DNA of 24,199 nt from Polyangiales bacterium (GTDB taxonomy: Bacteria > Myxococcota_A > Polyangia > Polyangiales > Polyangiaceae), in the NCBI GenBank assembly GCA_038230375.1, contig JBBRNJ010000111.1, positions 1-24,199 on the forward strand, written 5' to 3'. Positions 1-6,966 of the stretch are shown here, piece by piece. The notes under the pieces are model-generated. The model worked only from the letters and a program-made list of their open reading frames with translations, searched no databases and was not told the DNA's origin. Position numbers and translations under genes: made by a program. The number at the start of each line of letters is the position of its first letter. Position 1 is the first letter of the stretch.

Positions 1-111
1 ACCTCGACTTCGACTTCGACTTCGACTTCGACTTCGACACCGACCTCGACCTCGACACCCACCTCGACCTCGACACCGACCCCGATCTCGACCTCGACCC
101 CAACCTCGACC
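1..111 (+). repeat. Hexanucleotide tandem array (ACCTCG/ACTTCG/ACACCG variants), at least 18 units, encoding TSTS...TP
   Basis: Read directly: acctcg (acttcg)5 acaccg acctcg acctcg acaccc ...; runs off the 5' edge; in frame with VIAPLF. Confidence 0.95.
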
Positions 112-630
112 GTGATTGCTCCTCTGTTTCTTTTGTATGACTACTCGTTTCGGCCCGCGGACGTTGAGCGGGCGCAGGCCATCGCGTGGGCCACCGAGGA
201 CGGACCCATGTGTGCGGACGAGGTCTATCTGTTCCCCGAGCCACATGCGTCTCGCGATGCCTGGTGTCGCGCGCGGTGTGATGAGGCGGAGGCTCGGCTT
301 TCCGCGTTGCCCGAGGACACGCGCACGGTGCTCGTGAACCACTTCCCGCTTCGCGCGGAGCACGCTTACTTGCCGCTCCTCCCGCGCTTCTCGATCTGGT
401 GCGGAACCTCGCGCACGGAGGACTGGCATCTACGATTTCGCGCGCGCGCCGTCGTGTTCGGGCACTGCCACATGCGCAGCACGCGCTGGCGCGACGGCAT
501 CCCGTTCGAGGAGGTATCGCTCGGCTATCCGAAGCAATGGAACAAGACACGCACCGCCGACTCGTTCCTGCGCGAGATCATCCTAGGCCCGCGCAACAGC
601 GAGCCCGACGGCACCGCGATCAGGCGTTGA
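1..630 (+). CDS. Calcineurin-like metallophosphoesterase, C-terminal part (resembles the actinobacterial SimX4/SCO6672-like family); 5'-truncated by the window and carrying an in-frame Thr-Ser repeat
   Basis: Frame 1 is open from base 1 to TGA at 628-630. It contains the late metallophosphoesterase motifs VLVNHFP and VVFGHCH, plus family-like APLFLLYDYSF, WCGT and FEEVSLGYP. The early motifs (DxH, GD, GNH) are absent, so GTG 112 is unlikely to be the real start. Confidence 0.8.
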   Translation, partial: TSTSTSTSTSTSTPTSTSTPTSTSTPTPISTSTPTSTVIAPLFLLYDYSFRPADVERAQAIAWATEDGPMCADEVYLFPEPHASRDAWCRARCDEAEARLSALPEDTRTVLVNHFPLRAEHAYLPLLPRFSIWCGTSRTEDWHLRFRARAVVFGHCHMRSTRWRDGIPFEEVSLGYPKQWNKTRTADSFLREIILGPRNSEPDGTAIRR

Positions 631-669
631 AGCGTGCGCCGTGAGGGAGCCCCACGTTGTTGAAGCTGC

Positions 670-1833
670 TCACTTCGGCGGCGGCACCGCGCAGCCGACA
701 ACGGCCTGGATCTTCGTGCCCGCCTTGGAGTTCGCCTCGGCGCACGCATCGGGGCACAGAATGATCTCCTTCGGCGCCGTCGCGCTGTCGTAGTACCAGC
801 CGTCCTTGACGGAGGCGCACTTGCTCACGTCCGTCACGTGCACCAGCTGCTTCGCTGCGCCGCCCATGGGCGTCTCCTGCACGCCGACCTTGGTCGGGTC
901 GGACGTCGCGGCCTGCGGCACGCCAAGGTTGCACGAGAGCTTGTCGGTGATGCCCTTCGCCATGTTGTCGAGCACGCCCGAATAATCCGTCTTGCACACG
1001 GAGTCGACGATGCCGCTCGTGAGCTTCGAGAGCTGCTGGTAGTTCGAGCCGGGCGCGACGGCCGTGTTGCACTTCTGGTTCGAGGGCACCGGCTGCCCCG
1101 CCGTCCAGCCGCAGATGGAGTGAAAGATGTACTTTCTCTGCATCGTCGTACCGAACATCCCCGCAGGCGCCTTCGCAAGCAGCTGCGTGTCGAACTTGTC
1201 GTAGGCCAGGTTCGACTCGTCGTCGGACACGATCACGAAGACCTTGGTCGACTCCGGGCGGAGGTACTTGTTCCACGCGAGCGCGGCGTTGTTGTTGTCG
1301 TACGTGGAGAGGACGAGATCGAGCGCGTCGTTGCTCTGCACGTCCTGATCGATGTGGTGGAAGATCGGCGCATTGTCGCCGCAGTTGGCGCCACCGAGCG
1401 GCGCGGGCACACAGATCACGTTGCCGTTCTGCGTGCTGTTCTTCGCCTTCTTCACGATGAAGAGCACCTGATAGTCCAGGCCCGTTCCGCCGATCTTCTG
1501 CGCGAACGAGTTCACGTTGGTCTTTATCTGGGCCATCTCCTCGGTCATCGAGCCCGAGTCGTCGATGACGAAGATGATGTCCACCTTCGACTTCTGCGTC
1601 TCCGCGACCGTACCGGCGCAGTTGGGGTCCACGCCGCCACCACCGCCACCGCCGCCGCTGCCGCCCGCGCCGCCAAGGTTACCGCCGCTGCCGCCGCCGG
1701 TGCCGGGCGTCCCGGTGTTCGGATCTTGCGCGCCCGACCCTGGATCCGGCGTCGGGCCTCCGGCGTCTGCGCCACACGCGACGACACCAAGGACGATCAG
1801 TGCTGCAAGAGAGGTCACCCATTTCGACGTCAT
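670..1833 (-). CDS. VWA-domain lipoprotein (myxobacterial Cys-rich type), 387 aa
   Basis: ATG 1833 follows a purine-rich AAGGGAAG. Signal peptide with lipobox VVAC, Gly-rich linker, MIDAS motif VDIIFVIDDSGSM, later FVIVSDD, and a Cys-rich C-terminus (GWYYD...LCPDAC). Confidence 0.85.
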   Translation of the reverse strand: MTSKWVTSLAALIVLGVVACGADAGGPTPDPGSGAQDPNTGTPGTGGGSGGNLGGAGGSGGGGGGGGVDPNCAGTVAETQKSKVDIIFVIDDSGSMTEEMAQIKTNVNSFAQKIGGTGLDYQVLFIVKKAKNSTQNGNVICVPAPLGGANCGDNAPIFHHIDQDVQSNDALDLVLSTYDNNNAALAWNKYLRPESTKVFVIVSDDESNLAYDKFDTQLLAKAPAGMFGTTMQRKYIFHSICGWTAGQPVPSNQKCNTAVAPGSNYQQLSKLTSGIVDSVCKTDYSGVLDNMAKGITDKLSCNLGVPQAATSDPTKVGVQETPMGGAAKQLVHVTDVSKCASVKDGWYYDSATAPKEIILCPDACAEANSKAGTKIQAVVGCAVPPPK

Positions 1834-1878
1834 GTTCGCTTCCCTTCGCCTCGTCCCGACCCGTTGAACCTGATTCAA

Positions 1879-1894
1879 TGCCCGGACCGTGCCA
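1879..1894 (-). promoter_or_regulatory. Putative sigma-54 (-24/-12) promoter for the VWA lipoprotein
   Basis: Minus strand reads TGGCACGGTCCGGGCA: perfect TGGCACG and exact GG-N10-GC spacing, about 45 nt upstream of ATG 1833. The TT before GC is not conserved. Confidence 0.5.
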
Positions 1895-2040
1895 CGACAG
1901 CTGGTCCTCGCCGCAGGGCCATCGAGGCCGAAATCGCGTCGGGGTGCGCTGCGGAGACACGAGTTCGGTCGGTGTCTGGTGGTCCCTCGACAATCCACGG
2001 GTCCGCGGCTCGCGGGCGTGAGCTATCGTTTTGGTCGCGC

Positions 2041-3474
2041 ATGAACCTGTCGCCGGAGCACACCATCGCGAACGTCAGGACTGGCGTCGTGCTCGCCGGC
2101 TGCTACCGCGTGCTGGCGGTGCTGGGCGCGGGTGGCGCGTCCGTCGTTCTCGATACGGAGCATACGTCCTCGCGACAGCGCTACGCCGTGAAGGTGTACG
2201 ACCCGGCGCTCCTCGAGACCCAGCCGGGCGGCGTCGACGGCTTCTTGCGCACGTCGAAGAAGCTCGCACGGGTGGCCGGGCCCAACACCATCCGCGTCGT
2301 GTCATCAGGTCTGCTCGCCTCGGGCGCGCCGTTTCTCGCGCTGGAGTATGCGGTCGGCGTAGACCTGCGCAGACTGATCAAGGAGGCGGGACCGCTTTCG
2401 TACACGGAGGCGGCGCAGATGGTCGTGCAAGCGTGCGAGTCGCTCCAGCAGGCGCACGCGCTCGGACTCATCCATCGCGACGTACGCCCGAGCAACATGT
2501 TCCTGGTGGAGGCACAGCCGGGCCAGCGCGTCCTGAAGCTCGCCAACTACAGCATCGGCACCATCGTCGATGGGCCCACCGTCAGCGGCACCGATGACGG
2601 AGCGGCAACCGAGTATGCGGCGCCCGAGGTGCTACGCGGCACGCCCATCGATGTTCGCGTGGACATCTGGGCCCTCGGCATCACGTTCTACGAGCTCACA
2701 ACGGGCAAGCGGCCGTGGACCGCCGTCGACCTCGGTCGTCTCGTTACGGCGCGCGTCGTCATCACACCGCCGCCGCTTCGGCCTCCGAGCGGTACGGCGC
2801 CATCGCCGGAGCTCATGGACTGGCTTGACCGCTGCCTCTCCGACGATCCGAACGAGAGATGGCCCGACGCGCGCGAGGCAAAGCTCGCTCTCCTGCGCAC
2901 CATTCAGGCCCCGCAAATGGCTGCGGCGCTCCCCGACATCAGCGGCGACGACGAGCCCGCGCCTTGGTCGGCCGGAGATCGCATCCGCGTTGACGCGCAC
3001 GCGCTGGGCATTGCTGCGACCGAGGTCGCCGAGGCACCACCGTCGTCGCGCGGTGCTGGCCTGGACGCGACCATGGTGCGGCGGCCCGCCTTCTCGCAGG
3101 GCAACATGCGCGTCGCGCCGGACAACGCGACCATGGTCCAAGACAACCCGATGGCAGGCCCGCGAGGACTGCAGCCGCCCATGCAGCTCCCGGACTTCGT
3201 GATCAAGGAAGCATCGCCCGTCGGACGCAACCTGATGCTCGGTGGCGTTGCGTTCGCGCTCGTCGTGGGTCTCCCGCTCTACTATGTCTACCAGCGCGGG
3301 CGCGTGACGGAGGACCCGCCCCAGCCCGCCGCCACAGAGGTCGCGCCGCCTCCCGCGCCATCGATCGAGGACGTGACCCGCAGAGTGCAACACGAACGCG
3401 TGACGACCGCGGCGTCGTCGGGGCCGCAGCGGTTCTTCATGGTCCCTCCGGTGCAACCCGAGAAGAAGCGCTGA
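2041..3474 (+). CDS. Membrane-anchored Hanks-type Ser/Thr kinase-like protein, probable pseudokinase, 477 aa
   Basis: ATG 2041; motifs LGAGGAS, YAVK, LEY, HRDVRPSN, YAAPE and DIWALG. The DFG position reads NYS. One TM helix (LMLGGVAFALVVGLPLYYVY) and a Pro-rich tail. Confidence 0.85.
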   Translation: MNLSPEHTIANVRTGVVLAGCYRVLAVLGAGGASVVLDTEHTSSRQRYAVKVYDPALLETQPGGVDGFLRTSKKLARVAGPNTIRVVSSGLLASGAPFLALEYAVGVDLRRLIKEAGPLSYTEAAQMVVQACESLQQAHALGLIHRDVRPSNMFLVEAQPGQRVLKLANYSIGTIVDGPTVSGTDDGAATEYAAPEVLRGTPIDVRVDIWALGITFYELTTGKRPWTAVDLGRLVTARVVITPPPLRPPSGTAPSPELMDWLDRCLSDDPNERWPDAREAKLALLRTIQAPQMAAALPDISGDDEPAPWSAGDRIRVDAHALGIAATEVAEAPPSSRGAGLDATMVRRPAFSQGNMRVAPDNATMVQDNPMAGPRGLQPPMQLPDFVIKEASPVGRNLMLGGVAFALVVGLPLYYVYQRGRVTEDPPQPAATEVAPPPAPSIEDVTRRVQHERVTTAASSGPQRFFMVPPVQPEKKR

Positions 3475-3479
3475 ACGCC

Positions 3480-4685
3480 TCAGCGCTTCCTGATGTCGCC
3501 GCGCGAGAGATGCGTGATGGCGTCGCCGAGCCCGTCGAGCGTGAGCTGATGCATCGAGAACACCTTGGAGAGCGCCTCCGCCGTGCCGCCCTTCCAGTAG
3601 TTCTGGGGATCGGGGTTGAGCCAGACGCTCTTCCGGAAATGATCGGCGAGCTTCTGCATGTACTGGATGCCCGCGCGCGGCTCGCCTGCCTTGCCGGTCG
3701 AGTAGTACTCCCAGTCACCAGGGCCCAGTAGCTCGGAGGGATGCATGGCGGCGTCGCCGACCAGCACCAGCTTCCACTCGGGCGTGACCTGCTCGAAGAT
3801 GTCTTCCATCTTCACGGGGTCGGTGAAGCGCTCGGTGTCGTAGAGCCGCCCGTAGATGCAGTTGTGGAAGTAGTACGTCTTCAGCGAGCGGATGTTCGAC
3901 GCGCGCTTCGCCGCAGAGAAGAGACGAGAGACCGTCTGCGCGTGCGGGTCCATGGAGCCGCCGACATCCATCAGCAGCAGCACGCGGACGTTCGATTTGC
4001 GCGGCGGACGGAGGACGATCTCGAGCTCGCCCGCGTTCTTCGCGGTCTTCTCGATCGTGCCGTCGATGTCGAGCTCGTCGAGCTGACCCTCACGCGTGAA
4101 CGCGCGCAGCTTCCGCAGCGCGACCTCGATCTGGCGGACGTCGAGCACCACATCGCCGCGGTACGGTTTGTACCGGCGCGCGTCCGCGATGCCAACGGCG
4201 CTGCGACCACCACCGGACTTGCCCACCCGGATGCCCGCGGGGTTGGTACCGCCTGCGCCGAATGGACTGGTGCCACCGGTGCCGATCCAGCGGTTGCCGC
4301 CGTCGTGCCGCTCCTTCTGCTCGCGCAGGCGATCCTCGAACTGCTTGCGCAGCTCCTCCATGTCGAGCGCCTGCAGCGAAGCGAGCTCCTCCGGTGTGAG
4401 GTCGCGGCGCTCCTTCATGTCCGCGAGCCAGTCTTCGAGCTCGTCGAGCAGCTTGATGCTCTCCGCCGCGATGCCGCGAAAATGGCTGCCGAACGCCTCG
4501 TCGAAGGAGTCCAGGTCGCTCTCGCGGTGGACGCAGAGCGCGCGCGCCACGTGGTAGAAGCCGTCGAGCGAGCTCTCGTGGAGGCCGAGCGCGAGCGCCT
4601 GTGCAAGCGCCATGGCCTCTTGAAGGCCGACCTTCACCTTCTTCGCGCGCAGCTCGTAGAGGAACGGAACGAAGACCGCGCTCAC
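3480..4685 (-). CDS. CoxE-like VWA domain protein (type usually partnered with a MoxR AAA+ ATPase), about 401 aa
   Basis: GTG start overlaps the upstream stop (GTGA at 4682-4685). Motifs ERHDGGNRWIGTGGTSPFG, ELDIDGTI, LLLMDVGGSMDPH (MIDAS-like), YYFHNCIY, VGDAAMHP and WLNP. Confidence 0.85.
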   Translation of the reverse strand: MSAVFVPFLYELRAKKVKVGLQEAMALAQALALGLHESSLDGFYHVARALCVHRESDLDSFDEAFGSHFRGIAAESIKLLDELEDWLADMKERRDLTPEELASLQALDMEELRKQFEDRLREQKERHDGGNRWIGTGGTSPFGAGGTNPAGIRVGKSGGGRSAVGIADARRYKPYRGDVVLDVRQIEVALRKLRAFTREGQLDELDIDGTIEKTAKNAGELEIVLRPPRKSNVRVLLLMDVGGSMDPHAQTVSRLFSAAKRASNIRSLKTYYFHNCIYGRLYDTERFTDPVKMEDIFEQVTPEWKLVLVGDAAMHPSELLGPGDWEYYSTGKAGEPRAGIQYMQKLADHFRKSVWLNPDPQNYWKGGTAEALSKVFSMHQLTLDGLGDAITHLSRGDIRKR

Positions 4686-6373
4686 GGGCTCACTCCGGGG
4701 CCGCACTTGGTGTTGCCTTGCGTGTACGCGCGCACGTCGTACTCGCCCACGGCAAGGCTGCTCTGCAGCGTGATGGATGCGTCGAACGCGCCCTTGTCGT
4801 CCGTGGCGATGGTGCCGATGGGAACAACGGTGGTGCTGGAGATGAGGACCACGACCACGGCCGTGTCCGTGCACGCGTCACCGTCGGCGACGAGCTTGCC
4901 GCGAACGTGGAAGGCGCTGCCGCGATGCGTGTCTGCGTCGAGCACGGTGAGCGACACGATGGTAGGCGCGCGCGTGTCCGGTGGCTGCGGGGGCTCTTGC
5001 GATCCATTCTTGCCGCCTCCGCCCTTCTTGCCGTCTGGCGGAGTGACGCCCGGAATGGCGAAGCCGGAGCTCGATGGCGCGAATGCGACGGAACCGGACG
5101 GGGATGGCTGAGCGTCGCCCGGTGGGTGCGCCGGGGGCGGCAGCTGTGCCTGTGCGCGGCGCGGGCTCTGCAGATCCTGACCGCGGCTTGCGCCGGGGGG
5201 CCATGCGAACGGATCGTCGGGGTTGTCGTAGGGGATGTTCTGCGAGGTCTCGTCGCGCTGCATGCGGCCAGCGCCGCCCAGATCGATCCTGCGGAACATG
5301 CGTCCGTCGTAGACCTCGACCCATGCGTGCGCTTCGTTGAGCACCATGCGCGTGGGGATGCCGATCGAGAGCGCGGTCACCAGGAACGCGAACGCGCGGT
5401 GCCTGCACACCCCCTTCTGCGACAGCGCGAGATCCAGATAGACGTCGCGCGTGACCCCGGGACCTTCGGGCGAGTCCTGGAATGCGCGGAAGTACGCCGC
5501 CATCTTGGAGACCACCTCACGCGGGCGCATGGTGGAGGGGCTCACGCCGATGCGACGCTGCACCTCCAACGCGGAGCGCGCGATGTTCGGCGGGACGGAT
5601 GCCATGGGGTAGCTCAGCTCCGCCCATGACGGATCGCCGAAGTCGCCGCCGAGCGCTGCGCGTGGGATGGCGATCTCCATGACGACACGCGCACGCGTCT
5701 CGCGGTCGCCGAAGATGAACCAGTTGTCGGCGCCATCTCGCGCGAAGGTGATGGAGATGTCCGTGGTGCCGACGCCAGCGCGCGCACGGAGGATGCGAGC
5801 GCCCGCGCCCACGCTGGGGATGCGCGTGGGTTTGTCCGGGCGCACGTCCACGATGAGATCGCCGTAGAAGAGGTCCTCGTTCGGCAGCGGCGTGGGCGTG
5901 GGCTTCCCCACCAGCATCGTGCGCGTGGTGCTGTCCCTCACGGACAATGTGTAGGATGCATCTACTTGATCGAACGCGCTCAGGCGCTTGAACGGCGCGG
6001 TCGACGGCGAGAACGGCTCGTCGTAGGGGAGCGCCTCTGGCTTGTGCGTGTCGCGGTCGGGCTCGAACCGGGTCTTGTCGGGACCGGCGCGGTCGGGCGC
6101 GTACGGCGCGGGCCTGTCGGGTGCGCGGCGCGGGTCGGGCGCGGGCACCACGCCGCTGGTCGTATCGATGGCCGCCGGCAGGTCACCGTCCAGCGAGAGC
6201 GCCAGCGCGACGTCCTCGCGCGGGTCAGCGGGGATCTGTTCGTGGAGCACCGCGTTCGGGTTGCGTGCGTGCGCGGGCACGGCGAGCGACACGATGAGCG
6301 CAGCAACGACCGCGAGGAGCCGACGACGCGGATAGCCGGAGAACGAGCTGGTGTTGCGCGAGCGACCCGTCAC
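4682..6373 (-). CDS. Secreted transglutaminase-like (Cys-His-Asp) domain protein
   Basis: Signal peptide RRRLLAVVAALIVSLAVPAHA; core GVCRH...GIPTR...HAWVEV...RIDLGG; Pro/Gly linker and a C-terminal beta-rich (Ig-like) segment. Confidence 0.85.
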   Translation of the reverse strand: MTGRSRNTSSFSGYPRRRLLAVVAALIVSLAVPAHARNPNAVLHEQIPADPREDVALALSLDGDLPAAIDTTSGVVPAPDPRRAPDRPAPYAPDRAGPDKTRFEPDRDTHKPEALPYDEPFSPSTAPFKRLSAFDQVDASYTLSVRDSTTRTMLVGKPTPTPLPNEDLFYGDLIVDVRPDKPTRIPSVGAGARILRARAGVGTTDISITFARDGADNWFIFGDRETRARVVMEIAIPRAALGGDFGDPSWAELSYPMASVPPNIARSALEVQRRIGVSPSTMRPREVVSKMAAYFRAFQDSPEGPGVTRDVYLDLALSQKGVCRHRAFAFLVTALSIGIPTRMVLNEAHAWVEVYDGRMFRRIDLGGAGRMQRDETSQNIPYDNPDDPFAWPPGASRGQDLQSPRRAQAQLPPPAHPPGDAQPSPSGSVAFAPSSSGFAIPGVTPPDGKKGGGGKNGSQEPPQPPDTRAPTIVSLTVLDADTHRGSAFHVRGKLVADGDACTDTAVVVVLISSTTVVPIGTIATDDKGAFDASITLQSSLAVGEYDVRAYTQGNTKCGPGVSP

Positions 6374-6377
6374 GCCT

Positions 6378-6797
6378 TCAGCGTAGCGCTCTTACCGTGC
6401 CGTTCGCGACCGTGTTCGCAGGCGGGGCTTGCGGCGTCTGCGGCTGCGGCCCGGCGCTGGTGCCGCCGACCGAGGTGTGGTCCCAGCGGCCGGCCTCGTA
6501 GAAGTATTGTCCGTCACGTGAGGAATAGCGTGGCCCCATCCAGCGGGCGCCGTGCGGCGGCGTCTCCCAGTGTCCAGGCACCCAGGTGTACTGCGCGCCG
6601 GTCCAATGCCAGTAGCCGGTGACCCACGTGGAGTTCGGCGCGGGCGCGGGCGGCGCCTGCATGTTGGGCTCGGTCATCATCGCGGGCGGAGGTCCGCTGA
6701 CCACGGTCCCACGCGTGGGCGCCTGCGGCTCGTTCGCGACACACGCCGCGAGCAAGCACGACAGAAGCACTGCACCTGAAAACTGACGATGATCCAT
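6378..6797 (-). CDS. WXXGXW (YXWGXW)-repeat lipoprotein, about 139 aa
   Basis: MDHRQFSGAVLLSCLLAAC lipobox, then PPP motifs and WVTGYW, WVPGHW, WMGPRY, YEAGRW repeats. Alternative ATG at 6806. Confidence 0.8.
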   Translation of the reverse strand: MDHRQFSGAVLLSCLLAACVANEPQAPTRGTVVSGPPPAMMTEPNMQAPPAPAPNSTWVTGYWHWTGAQYTWVPGHWETPPHGARWMGPRYSSRDGQYFYEAGRWDHTSVGGTSAGPQPQTPQAPPANTVANGTVRALR

Positions 6798-6821
6798 CAC
6801 ACCCATTCCCCACAACACTGA

Positions 6822-6847
6822 AACGCCTGCCCGTGTAACGGCGTTCC
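6822..6847 (-). promoter_or_regulatory. Putative ECF sigma promoter (GGAAC-N17-CGTT) upstream of the WXXGXW/transglutaminase/VWA operon
   Basis: Minus strand reads GGAAC gccgttacacgggcagg CGTT, ending 16-25 nt before the candidate ATGs; matches the GGAAC...CGTT pattern of several ECF groups. Confidence 0.35.
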
Positions 6848-6966
6848 AAAAACAAGGTACACTCCGGCGCGCAAAAGGCCACCGACACTGCCGAGTTTGC
6901 GCGAGGCACGAGCAACGCCCGAAGTCCGCGGCTGTGTAGGGGAAGGTGAGGAGCGTGAAACCAGAC

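Noticed and set aside
1632..1705. GCC/CCG trinucleotide run
   Set aside because: Encodes the ordinary Gly-rich linker of a myxobacterial lipoprotein.
838..2040. N-terminal 400-aa extension of the 878-aa ORF ahead of the kinase domain
   Set aside because: It is the antisense shadow of the VWA lipoprotein gene; kinase-like sequence begins only at ATG 2041.
6378..6797. WXXGXW protein as a RiPP precursor for the divergent radical SAM enzyme (Trp cross-linking)
   Set aside because: It has a lipoprotein signal and belongs to a widespread repeat family. It is divergently transcribed, and no dedicated RiPP transporter is adjacent.
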